Source: Vicugna vicugna
Lineage: Eukaryota
NCBI GenBank assembly: GCA_013265495.1
Contig: MU057809.1
Coordinates: forward strand, 1,727,062-1,791,061
Direction: 5' to 3'
DNA: 64,000 nucleotides
Of the stretch, positions 36,385-48,100 are shown piece after piece; within the stretch, counting starts at the first letter, position 1, and the number at the start of each line of letters is the position of its first letter. The notes under the pieces are model-generated. The model made no database searches, was not told the DNA's origin, and saw nothing but the letters and a program-made list of their open reading frames with translations. The translations under genes and the position numbers were made by a program.

Positions 36385-39335
36385 AAAAGCTTTATTTTAA
36401 GATAATAGTAAACACACACATAGTAGTAAGAGAAACAAGCAGAAGGCTCCTGCTTACCCTTCACTCACTCACCCCCGATGATACCAGCTTGCAGGACTGT
36501 ATTACAATGTCCCAACAGGAAACTGCCGTTGATACAATCCACCAACACTATTCAGTTTCACCAGTTTCACATGCGCTCCTTTGTGGATGTATATGTGTGT
36601 ATTCAGTTCCATGCAATTTCATAACCCACGGATTATGTGACCACTGCCAACTAGTTCCATCAAAGAGGTCCCCGGGCTGCCTTTTTATAGTCAGAGCCAC
36701 TGCTCCTTCCCCTCTTCCCTGGATGCCCCTGGCAACCATTAATCTGTTTTCCATCTCTAATTTTATCATTTCAAGAGAATTATACAAATGGAATCCTAAA
36801 CTATGAAATCTCTTGAGATTTGGCTTTTATCACTCACACAATTCTCCCGAGATCCATCCAAGTTACTCTGTGTGTCAAGAGTTTTTTATTGCTGAGTAGT
36901 ATTCCATGGTATAGATGGATTGCTATTTTTTTAATCATCTACCCTTTGAGGGGCATTTGGGTTGTTTCCAACTTGGGGCTATTATGAATAAAGCTTTGAT
37001 GACCACTGCTGTATAGATTTCAGTGTGAACATCAGTTTTAATTTCTCTGGGATGAATGCCCAGAAGGGTAATAACTGGGTCAGATGATAAGCATGTGATT
37101 CGTTTTATAAGAAATGGCCATATTCTTCTCCATAGTGGTTGTACTGCTTTACGTTCCCACCGGCCCTGAATGAGTGGTTCCGTTTCTCCACGTCCTCACC
37201 AACACTTGACCTCATCACTGTTTTCCTTCCAGCCATCTGATGGGCATGCAGTGGTAGGTCACTGTGGCTTTAATTTGCATTCTCTGCTGGCTAATGACGG
37301 CGAGCATCTTTTCCTGCTCTTATTTGCTGTCCACTTATCCTCTTTGGTGAAATGTTTGTTCATGCCTTTTGCCAATTTTCTAACTGGATTGTTTATTTAC
37401 CATGAATTTTGAGACATCTTGCTATATTCCAGATATGAGTCCTTTGTCAGATATGTGTTTAGCAAATATTTCCTCCCCATCCATAGCTTGTCTTTTCGTC
37501 CTCTTAACAGGGTCTTTCACAGAGCAAAGTTTTCCATTTTGAAAAGCTACAATTCACCAGTTTTTCCTTCTGTTAAATGTGCTTTCAGTAAACTCTTTGT
37601 CTAGCCTGATATTGCAAAGATTTTCTCCTACTTTTTTTTCCTAAAAATTATATGCAGTTGACCCTTGGATGGCACAGGTTTGAACGACATAGGTTCACTT
37701 ACAAGCAGACTTTTTTCAGTGCTCCAGACTGCAGCCTACAGAATCCTCAGCTGGCTGAACCCTTGGATGACAGAGCCACAGATGTGGAGGAAGCCCCTGG
37801 ATGGAGGACCGCCTATGAATGAGTTTTCTGTGCATGGATTCTTGACTGCGTGGAGAGCTGGCGCCCCTGACTCCCCACATTGTTCAGCTGCAAGTGTATC
37901 TCTATGTAAGCCCACGACCCATCTGCAGTTACTGTTTGTACAGCGTGTGAGGCTGGGACAGAGGTGTAGCCTGCTGCTGTCGTTACTCACGGGCGTCTAG
38001 TTGCTCCAGCACTGCTGATTGAATGGACTGTCCTGCTATTGACTCGCTTTTCCTCTTTTTTCAAAAATCTGTTGGGCATTTGTGCGAGTCTGTTTCTGGG
38101 TTCTCTCTTCTGCTCCACTGACCTGTATGTCTGATCCCTCTGCCAAAATGCCACTGTTCTGATTACTGCAACTAGATAGTAAGACTCAATATTAGAGAAG
38201 TTGCTCACAATTTCATCTTTTTCAAGGACATTTTTAGCTATTGGAGGTCCTGTGTTTTTCCATAAAAACTTGAGAATAGGCTCATCTATAAAAAATCTTG
38301 CTAGGATTTTGGTAGGACTTACTTAAAACCTATAGATCAATTTGGGGAGAATTGGCATATTTTACTATGTTGAATCTTTCAATCCATGAACATGGTATGT
38401 TTCTTCATTTATTTAGATCTTTTTCTATTTATTTTATTAGTATTTTGTAACTTTCAAGGTACAGATCCTGTACATATTTTGTTAGATTTACACCCAAGTA
38501 TTTTATTTATCTTTGAAGCAGTTGTAAATGGTTTTAATTTCACTTTTCAGTCATTGTTATTACATTAAAATACGATCAATTTTTGTGAGTTGATCTTTTA
38601 TCAACTCACAAAGCAAGTGAGATAAGTGAGTTCAGCAAGTGTTGACATTGCTGAACTCACTTATTCTATGACTTTTGTTTTGTTTTGTTTTTTGTAGACT
38701 CAGAATTTTCTACATAGGCCATCATGCTATTTGTAAATGCTGTCAGTTTTAATTCTTCCCTTCCAATCTGTATGTCTCTTATTTCCTTGCCTTATTGTAC
38801 TGGCTAGAACTTCCCATATTATGTTGAATAAAGTGGAGAAAGAAAGATTTTTGTTTCCAATCTTAGAGGGAAAGCATTTGTTAGCTGAAAGCTTTGGTAG
38901 ATGCAAAGTTATCAAGTTGAGGAAGGTCTTTCCAGTCCTAGTTTCCTGAGAACTTTTATAATAAATGGGTGTTAGATTTAGCTAAAAATGTTTTGCATGA
39001 ATTGATAAGCTCATATGACTTTTCTTCCTTAGCCCGTTGATATGGGTAGATACACTGATTTCTGAATTTTGAATCAGCGTTGCATTCCTGGAATAAATCC
39101 CATTTGGTCATGGCATATAATTCATTTTTTTATATACTACTGGATTCAATTTGCTAAAAATTTTGTAGGTGAGTTTTTTGGTCTAAATTCGTGAGAGATA
39201 TTGGCCTGCATTTTTCATTATTTTCACTGTCTTTTTCTAGTTTTGGTGTCAGGGTAATATTAGCATCACAAAATGAGCTGGAAGTGTTCCTCTCCCTTCT
39301 ATTTTCTGGAGAGATGTATAAAATTATTGATTGCT
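36385..39335 (-). mobile_element. ~3 kb L1MB/MC-type element (3' UTR and ORF2)
   Basis: Continuous antisense L1: gctgagtagtattccat, gggttgtttcca, ttaatttgcatt, tatagatcaatttggggaga, ttgcattcctggaataaatccc, gagagatattggcctg. Confidence 0.9.
37656..37897. mobile_element. MER8/Tigger2-derived MITE nested in L1
   Basis: cagttgacccttg...ggtttgaac...cacttac...ttgactgcgtggagagctggcgcccctgactccccacattgttcag. Confidence 0.75.
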
Positions 39336-39339
39336 GTAG

Positions 39340-41165
39340 AGATTCCTATATATACACACAACTTACAGCAGTCGACTAGGATGGACGCTTTACCATGTAA
39401 GTCAAGTGTAAAAGCCTTACTTCCACTTAGATCCCTTTAACCTCATTAAAAAATATGTTATGTATGTAACATAGGTGTATACAACACCTGCAACTCACGT
39501 GTGTGCACACATGTAACATTATACATGTAGTTGTCTGAAGTGTATTCTCTGCATACAACAAATTTCACATCAGATGTTACAACTTTCACTTCAGTTATAA
39601 TTTAAGACACTCGCGAGAAGTGTAATCTATTATATTTATCCCTATTTCTACACATTCCAACCTTCTGTTTTTTTCCTGTTCTGAACTTCTAAGCTTTCCT
39701 GAAGCAAATGAAAAAAAATAGCCATTCTCAGTTAAAGAAACAGAAGTTACATTTTAAAAAGCCTCCGTTTAGACCACTTCTTTTACCCGATCTTTGCGGG
39801 TATGTTTGCCAACAGTAGATTCTCTTGGTTTGCCTTCAGCTAAGAATGTCTCTCTTTCCCTTCATTTCCGAAGGGTATTTTCACCAAATATGGAATTTAC
39901 AGTGGATAGCTCTTTTTACAGTCCTTGACAAATGGCAAGCCACTTCTTTCTGGCCTCTGTAGTTTCAGAGGAGAAACCTACTCTCATTCAAAATGATGAT
40001 TCCCATATGAGTAAGTGTTGTTTCCGAATGCTTTCAGTATTTTTTTCTTTGTCTTCATTTGCAGAAGTCCCATTTTTATGTGGATTTCCTTACATTTATC
40101 CTGTTTGAGATTCACTCAGCTTTTTGAATCTATAGTGTATGTCTTTCTCCAAATTTGGGGAGTTTTCAGCCGTTATTTCTTTGAATGCTTTTTCAGTCCC
40201 ACTCTTTCTTCTTTTGGAACTCAGAAGAGATGAATGTTAATTCTTATTGTCTCAGGTCCCTAAGAATCTTTTCCTTCCTTCCTTCCTTCCTTCCTCCCTT
40301 CCAGCTCACTTTCTGTCTGTTACTGAGGATGGGAAATGCTATTGCTCCGACCTCAAGTTTGCTGATTCTGTCCTCTCATCTCCGACCTACCACTGAGCCC
40401 ACCCAGAGAGGTTTTGGGGGTTTTTTCCCCTCCAGTTACTGTGTTTTTGAGGTTTTAAATTTCCATTTGGTTCTTCTTCTTCTTTTTTTTTTTAAATAAC
40501 TTCTATTTTTCTTCCTGAGAGTCTCTATTTGTTTCAAAAGAATTCATAATTGCTTGTTGAAGCATTTTTACAATGACTACCTTTAAATTTGTGCCCATTC
40601 CACCTCCGATTCAGCTGTGTGCGGGTGCCTGCTGGCTGTCTTTTCTCATCCAGGTTGTGGTTTTCCTGGTTCCTGGTACGAGGGGTGACTTTTCTGTTCT
40701 ATCCTGGACATTTAGAGTATTCTATTACGAGACCCTGGATCCTATTCCGTTTTTCTTCTTGAGCAGGCTGTCTCCATGCTGGGATGTGGCGAGAGGGCTG
40801 GATGGGTGTGTGACTGGCTTCCCGCGGAGCCCTGCTGAGCCCGTCCCCGCGGAAGTGAGCGCTGACTCTCACGCCCCGATGCAGCTGGGCAGGCGGCAGT
40901 GAGCGCTCCCCTGGGCGCTGCCCGACACCTTCCAGGGAAAGTGGAGAACCAGCTTGCACCACCTTGCGTCTCTGAGCTCTCCTTCTAGGCTTCCCAACAC
41001 AGGGGTGGGAGCCGTGGAGAGCAGCCCCCCACTGCTTTGCTGCTGCAGGGAAGGGGCGACAGGAACTCTTTCTATGTTTCTTTGTTCTGTCATGCCCAGG
41101 GAGTTTTAGTTATAAGAAGGAGGACCACGGAGGAATACGGATGCTCTATCCTGTCCAGAGCTGGG
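39340..41165 (-). mobile_element. Old L1 ORF1/5' region (L1MC/MD-like)
   Basis: Antisense ORF1-type pyrimidine-rich text (aagaatgtctct...gaagggtattttcacc...cttctttctggcctc...aaatttggggagttttcagccgttatttct) ending in a GC-richer 5'UTR-like segment. Confidence 0.65.
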
Positions 41166-42411
41166 CGTTCAGGTGCTCCATGACCTATCTTCTCTGTTTC
41201 TTTACTTATAAAACGTAATACTCTGCCTGCACTATGGAACTGTTTTGAGAATTAACTAAGATGCCCATGTATAAGAAAGCACCCTGGAAAGCCTTACGCT
41301 AATGGAGAATTTTATCAGAATGATTGTTATTTCTGGAGCTAGGATCTGGCAAGATGTAACTTGAGAAGAGACAGAATACATAGTAGGGTCTCTGCATCTC
41401 CATCTATCAGTTTAATGTTGGTGAAAGCAGACTTGACAGCCAGAAGGCAGCCTCCTGTTGCCTGTCTCCCTGTTTCCTCTGAGTCTGTGGCAACCTTTCT
41501 CTTGATGATCAATAACCCTGGGGAAAGCTAGAGCAGAAATGAAGATTAGGGTCACGGCAAGGAGAGAGCAGTAAAGTCGCTTTAAAGAGCCTAATAAACC
41601 AGGATAATTGCACATGGCCAGGACGGCGGCTGGGACCCGGTGGCGTCTGCAGTGCCGTTTCCAGGAAGACGGTCACAGAAGGGAACCCTCGCCACGCTCA
41701 CTGCAAGGTGGGCTCCACAGCAGCTCCCCCGTCCGCTCTGCTGACTTCATAGCAGCAGGTGCTCGATAGATGTTTGTGAATGTTCGCGGCGGTGCCACAG
41801 GTGCCAAAGATGGGATGAGTCAGGCAGGGGCTGGCCGCGATGCTGAGGACGGAAGTGGTAGCGGGATGGGGACTTTTATTTCTTGCCTCTCCGTAAGTCA
41901 GCGCTTTTCTCACCTAGTAGACGGGAGGCCCTCTGTTCCATCATTGGGTTCCCCCACAGCCGAGACCCACGACCGGCAGCGGCCCCCACTTGCTCCCTCC
42001 CTGGGGCGGGCTTTCCTGGTGCATCTGGATGAAAGCACAATGCAGCCCCCTGAGGCTCTGAGGAGGGGCCAGCAGGATGCCCTCTTTCTGACCGGTTTCT
42101 CTAGAGTTTTGCATAAACGCGGCACATGGAGCTGCAGACGTGCAGCTCCCGGAGCCACGTTCTGGCCAGCCTGGTTCTCCCAGCATGTTTCTTAATTAAG
42201 TTTTCTCTCAGGAGCTAAGTTGGGCTGTGGGCTGGTGTTGTCCTTCGCCACTGACTCAGCGAGATGCCTGGAGCCCTTTGGTTTGGGGGGAAGATGGGGT
42301 CCCTGGAGTGCCCTGAAATTCCCACGTGGCTGCTCTTGACATTAAATCAACACTTGGAGTAACTTTCGTTATTGTTATCCTTTTAGAACTAGTGTTTTGT
42401 GTGTGTGTGTC

Positions 42412-43027
42412 TTTTTTATCGATGTCTAGTCAGTTTACGATGTTGCATCCATTTCTGGTGTACAGCATAGTGTTTCAGTCATACACATACACACATATAT
42501 TCGTTTTCATACTGTTTTTCACTATAGGTTACTACAAGATACTGAATACAGTTCCCTGTGCTGTACAGTAGAAACTTGTTAACCTGTTTTATATACAGTA
42601 GTTAATATCTGCAAATCTCAAACTCCCAGTTTATCCCTTCCTACCCTTTCCCCCTAGAAACCATAAGACTGTTTACTATGTCTGTGAGTATGTTTTGTAG
42701 ATGAGTTCATTAGTGTCTTCTTTTTTCGCTTTATAGATTCCACATATAAGTGATATCATATGGCATTTTTCTTTTTCTGGCTTACTTCACTTAGAATGAT
42801 GATTTCCAAGTCCAATCCATGTTGCTGCAAATGGCATTATTTTATTCTTTTTATGGCTGAGTAGTATTCCATTGTATAAATATACAACATCTTTTATCAG
42901 TCATCTGTCGATGGACACTTAGGTTGTTTCCATGTCTTGGCTATTGTATATAGTGCTGCTACAAACATCGAGGTGCATCCATCTTTTCAAATTAGAGTTC
43001 CCTCCGGATATGCACCCAGGAGTGGGA
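42412..43027 (-). mobile_element. L1 3' end, cetartiodactyl/camelid type
   Basis: atttctggtgtacagcatag...acagttccctgtgctgtacagtag...tagatgagttcattagtgtc...ggcttacttcacttagaatga...gatggacacttaggttgtttccatgtcttggc. Confidence 0.92.
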
Positions 43028-43255
43028 CAGAACCAGTGTTTTTTTACTACTATCAGCAGATACCATATGTTGAACAGTCCATCCCCATTATGTGCCAGTC
43101 ATACGTTTCTTCTCATTTAATCCCAACAATCCTGTGATACAGAATCTCATACCATCCCACTTGAAGCTCAGAGAATTTGAGTTATTTGCTTGAGGTTAAA
43201 CAGCCAGTGGGGTGAGCCCCTCCCCTCAAGGGGCACAAGCTCAAGCATCTACAGC

Positions 43256-43478
43256 AGAGGCAGCGAACGTGGTCTGCTGAGGGCCAGATCAGAGCTGCCT
43301 TAGGCTTGGTGAGCCAGCAGGCTTTGTGTAACCACTCGTCTCCGCAGCTGAAACGTGAATGCAGCTGTGGACAATGTGCAAACAAGGGGGCATGGTGGCG
43401 TTCTAATAAAACCTTATTCAGGAAAACAGGTGTTGGGCCAGATCAGGCCCATGGGCGTGGCGTGCCGACCCCTCACCT
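43256..43478. mobile_element. MER58A-like MITE
   Basis: gagggccagatc...ttaggcttggtgagcc...taaccactc...gcatggtggcgttctaataaaaccttatt...aacaggtgttgggccagatcaggcccatggg. Confidence 0.75.
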
Positions 43479-43773
43479 GCAGAGGCCAGTAGGTAAGGTC
43501 ATGAGTAAAATGTGCCAGAAGCGAAAACAAAACAAAACCCCAAACAACTCACCTATTATGCCCCCTTGTTCTAGCTTCTCTCCCCAGTTTAGAGGGAGGC
43601 ACAAGGGCACAGTGCTGTGTCTAGCACTGCACCCGGGCCAGGAAGTTGCGAGGGGTGGTGTCCACGGGTCCCTCATACGCAGCAGACAGTAACTCAGCTA
43701 CAGCCTCTTGCTGCCCCCAGACATGCGGCTATTATGGCCAGTTTTCAAGAGAAGGCACAGGTCTGGATCTGAG

Positions 43774-43775
<2 letters not shown>

Positions 43776-43812
<37 letters not shown>
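43776..43812 (+). repeat. (GT)n microsatellite (~18 units)
   Basis: Pure gtgtgt run. Confidence 0.97.
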
Positions 43813-43813
<1 letters not shown>

Positions 43814-44258
43814 CGTCTCCTTTTCCTAACATTGGCTCAAATGAATGAAGCAGAACCAAAAATCCTGTGCAGACCAAGCAGAAGATGTCCAAGGATTGGC
43901 CCTGGCCCATAGGCTGACGGCTTACAACCTCTGGACTCTCAAAACCTCCCAAACAACATTGCATTTATTAAGTAATAATTCATCTGCTTTCCTATATTTT
44001 ATTTATCAAAGACCTCGGGAACTGTCAAGAAGAACTTCTTATCAGCAGGCACTGACCAGCAGACAAGTGTTACCTCCCAGGCCGACTGTAAATCCTGGGG
44101 AACCAGGGAGCCCTGACATTTTAATTAGCTGGAACATTCTTATCAGCGGTCAGTCCTGAACGTGGCGTTTCATGTTGTTTGTGACCCCCTAATTGGGAAT
44201 CTCTGATTTGGTCCCTCCAGGGACACTCGTTCACCCAGGCTCAGCCTCGTTATTTCAC

Positions 44259-44556
44259 CGTGGCAGCTGCCTTTGTATTATTCAACATACAGCCAGCACC
44301 ATCAGAGCGAGCACGACCTCCTCCAGATCCGCGCAGTGTAGCATCCGGAGCTGCTGAAACTAAAAAAAGGAAAAGGGGGTTCTGTGCTGCAGCACCACCA
44401 AAAAAGAATTTTTTTTTTAACACAGCACAAAGAATTTGCTCCAGACCCAGCAAGGCAGCGGACAGGTTTCCTCTCATTCGGGCTCGTGGTGGAACTGGGA
44501 GTTCCGTGGCGGGGGCTGCACGGAGCAAAGTCACTCGGAGCGGTTCTCCAGGCAGC
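44259..44556 (-). other. Candidate second (5'UTR) exon of an unidentified minus-strand transcript; 3' boundary uncertain
   Basis: Acceptor tttcacacttctctctgcttgcag|GCTGCC at 44557/44556; repeat-free sequence with short ATG-initiated ORFs; only a weak donor (ACG|gtgaaa) nearby. Confidence 0.4.
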
Positions 44557-44691
44557 CTGCAAGCAGAGAGAAGTGTGAAACCAGCGAGGCCCCGGGGAAG
44601 TGGGGCAATGAGCAGACTGAGCAGTTGGGGCTGAGTGCACACGTGCTGCCTAAGATTGGTCCCTTATTTTTTTGCTGGGGGCGGTACTTAC
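44557..44691 (-). other. Candidate 135-nt GT-AG intron
   Basis: Donor CTGAA|gtaagt with a perfect intronic hexamer at 44691, and strong acceptor ...ctctctgcttgcag at 44557, at the edge of the CpG island. Confidence 0.55.
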
Positions 44692-45560
44692 TTCAGTGTG
44701 GGTGCTGGGGGTCGAGCCCGCGGCCCCGCGACCGGGACGCGGGCGCCCCCCCCCCGCGCGGGGCCACCCTCCGCNNNNNNNNNNNNNNNNNNNNNNNNNN
44801 NNNNNNNNNNNNNNNNNNNNNNNNNNNNNNNNNNNNNNNNNNNNNNNNCCCGGTGGCCCCGTCGGGCTCCGGGTCGCGGGGGCCCCCGAGGGCAGCTGCC
44901 CGCCCGCCTGGGCTCCGCGCCGCGAGGCCGCCGCGTGGGCTGAAGTTCCGGAGCCGCGGAAGCGCCTGGAGGCCCAGCCCGCGCTGGCGGGAGGAGAGGA
45001 TGGAGGAGCCACGCGGAGGAGGTGCGGTGCCCGGGGCGGGGTATCCGCGGAGACTTGGGGGCGGGCTGCGGAGGCCCCGAATGATGGAGAAGGCCACCAG
45101 GAGCCGACTAAGCCTTGTGCAAAACCACCACTCTCAGGAGACCCCCAAGGGCAGCAAGGTGGGGCGCAGGGACCCCGGCGGTGCCGGAGAGCACTCTGGC
45201 CGCAGATCTGCGGGCTTCGTGAGGTTAGGCAGCGGGTGTCCTTGCGTGGACAGGAGTAAGCCAGGGTAGCGACGCTAGTAGGTGCGGGGAGGTCGGCGGA
45301 GATTGGGACAGTAGATCAGCCGATGGACGTCTTACCCTGAGGCCAGGCTGCTCTCCGCAGGGGCAGGCTCCCTGCCGGCTCCCTCGAGGGCGAGCCTAAA
45401 TCCAGGGACCAGCGGGAAGGAGAGACTCTGCACCCAAGTTCGGTTAACAGGGGTTTGTTCTGGTTGACCGATGGGCCAGCAATCCCGTGAATCATTTATG
45501 AAGCCAAAGATGGGAACTTGGTGGTGGGGGCGGGGAGGGGCTGAGTCCGGCCGCGTCAGA
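44650..45560. promoter_or_regulatory. CpG island, probable promoter
   Basis: Very GC/CpG dense (cccgcggccccgcgaccgggacgcgggcgc, ccgcgccgcgaggccgccgcg); GC boxes ggggcgggg near 45033 and 45527; gap at its core. Confidence 0.85.
44775..44848. other. Assembly gap (74 N) in CpG island core
   Basis: Run of N. Confidence 1.
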
Positions 45561-46199
45561 GTCACAGAAGGCTGCAGCAGCCTGGAGTCTTCACTGAGCC
45601 CTACTGGGGGAGGTGCTTCGTTTCGGTAAGCTGTTTCAGATGCAAGAGGGTCAGGGAGTTCTTAACTGCTGTTTTCCTGGAGCACAGGGCTCACATGACA
45701 TTCAGCATTGCCACCCCCAGGGGTCACCTGATACTTAATGGTTTGCAGATATTTTTGAGTATTACCACCTTTGCCCAAAGCCGTCTGCTGATCCTCTGGG
45801 GACCTTCCCTTCTAGAACCTTCCCTTCTACCCTGCCCCCCGAGACAAGCCGGTCCCTCGAATTCTGGCAGGGTTCAGCAGTTGGAAGCAAGGGCTGAGTG
45901 AAGGGCCTTGCCTGGGGTTTGAGGGAGGGTCCTTCCGAAGTCCGTCCTTCCCTGACTGCCTCTCAGGCCCCACTGTGAGGAGGTTTCAGGGCTGCTTGGA
46001 CCCTCAGCCTCACCCGTTTCCTAGCCTCTTTGACCCTGATCCCCAACCAGCTCTTCCCCCAACAGCAGACTGATTGCAAAACCCGAGAGCTTCTTGACTG
46101 TGCCAATTTGCCTGTAAAAATACTGCCAGGAGCTGGGTTGCCGTGGGTGTGGAGAGTTCAAATGTATTTCCATATGACAATAACACTAATATTCATCGT

Positions 46200-48100
46200 T
46201 GTCATTATTATGATAAATATTGTAACTACTAAAGGCCTGTAGGCGTGACTGCGTGGCAGGAACCGCTCAGAGCACTTTACTCGTGTGAACTGACGCACCG
46301 GATCCAGGCGGCAGCCCCGCAGGGGTGGGCGGTCTTACTCTTCCCATTTTACAGAGGAGGGGCCGGGGCAGGGGAGGCTGCTGCTGAGCGAGGGTTCCCC
46401 ACCCGCTGCCCCCTGCGCCCAGCAGCCTGACCCCGGGGCAAGCCTTTTACTGCGCCACCGCCCACCACCACCTGGGCTTCGAGGCAGCACCATTATGTTT
46501 CCCTTAAGTGACTGTCTTCCACTTGTTGGCAGCCGGCGTGGATGTGGACGGGCACCTGCTGTGAAGGGAGGACCGGCTTTTGCAGCTGGGCGACGAGGTG
46601 GCTCTGTTCCCTGAAGCTGGCGGCCCGCAAAAGCGTCTGGTTACCCAGCCCAGTGTTTCCAGACCGGAGTTGGGCACTTGGGGCATTTCCTTTCAGGAGG
46701 CCCTCAGACAGAGTCAGACGAGCTTGAGATTTCATTAGGACAGCTATTGTGTAAGGAAACTGGGCAGTCTGGCTGAGCAGGTTTGGGTTTTGCTTTGCTT
46801 TTAACAGGAGTACCTATTTTAAAGTAAGATTAGTATCGGTTTGGTGACCCCCCCTCTGCAGGAAATTCACCTCTCTTCTAAACCTGGCTAGGAGGGGGTG
46901 CTACTGTGGCTGCTGCCCACAGAGCCGGTGGTTTGGGCTCACCCCGGGGGTGAGCAGGGCCAGCACGAGGACAGGCATCTGGCAGCGGTGCCTGCCTGTT
47001 GGTGACTGAGTCCTACTATGTGCTGAGCACCGGGTTGAGCCCTTAACCCACGTCACCTCTTATTCTTGCAGTAATCCTGGAGGTGCGTTAGGATTGAAAG
47101 CCTGTGCCTTGGAGTCACCCTGAAATTGGTTTAAATCTCCGCTTTACCATCTAGGAATCGGTGTGGCCCTTGGTAGGTTACAGTCCCCTCTAAGTTTCAG
47201 TCTCCTCATCTGAAGTGGGCTTCCTCGTGGTACCTGCCTGCAGGGCTCTTGAGAGAATGAACGAAATCATGCATAGAAAGTAAGGACTAATTAAATATTA
47301 TTTTTTAAGTGCGCATAGCTATTCTGATTGTACACAGGAGGAAACTGAAATGCAGAGAAGGAGGTGACCTGTCCCCAAATCGTAAAGCTAGTAAGTGATG
47401 AGGGTGAAGTCGGTAGACGTGGGTTGCAATTCTGGCTGCAGTGAGCAGGTTACAAATGGGAGAGGGTGTCGGTGGGACTGGTGAGTAGTGTTGTTACTAC
47501 AGGCTGGTGGCTTGGGCTCCTGGAACCTGAGCTGACACCCCACTGTGACCGACGCCCTGTGGGGACCCGGGGAGAGTGAGGCTTGTGGCACACGGTAGAG
47601 GATGGGGCTTGCAACATGATTAAGAACGGTTTCCTCTCATGCCCTGCTTTGCTCTCTCCGTGTGCCAGTGAAGCAGAGGGTGGGCTAAAGCTCACCTGAC
47701 CCTCAGAGGTGGCGCTGTCACCCCCGCCTGAAATTGAGAAACCAAGCACGCGTCCTCAGGGCTGCATGTCAGGAACACGTAAGATCCTGTGGGGATGTGG
47801 GGCTGTTCACCTTCCTAATAATAATAATTACAACCACAACAGTGGTGCCGGGCAGTGTGCGCACTGGGTACAAGCGTAGCCTGGGAGAGTCACCCCAGTC
47901 CTGGCTTTGAACGCTGGCTCTGTCATTGGCTGGCTGTGCAACTTGAAGCAATTTCCCTGACCTCTCTGAGCCTCCGTTTCCCCATCCATAAATGGGGATG
48001 ATAACAGTACGTACCACTCAGGGTTGAGGTGAGGCCAGAATGAGATACTACTTGTAAAGTACCCCGTGTGTAGCAAAGCTCATGGTAAAGGTTAGCCATT
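46200..48100. mobile_element. MIR cluster (~46200-46450 minus, ~47000-47440 mixed, ~47850-48100 plus)
   Basis: cccattttacagaggag; tttcagtctcctcatctg; gaggaaactgaaatgcagagaagg...gacctgtcccc; ctctctgagcctccgtttcccc...aatggggatgataacagtac. Confidence 0.75.

Noticed and set aside
44436..45269. 277-aa ORF and overlapping ORFs across the CpG island
   Set aside because: They cross an N gap, are G/R/P/A-rich as expected for stop-poor GC DNA, are open on both strands and have no recognisable domain.
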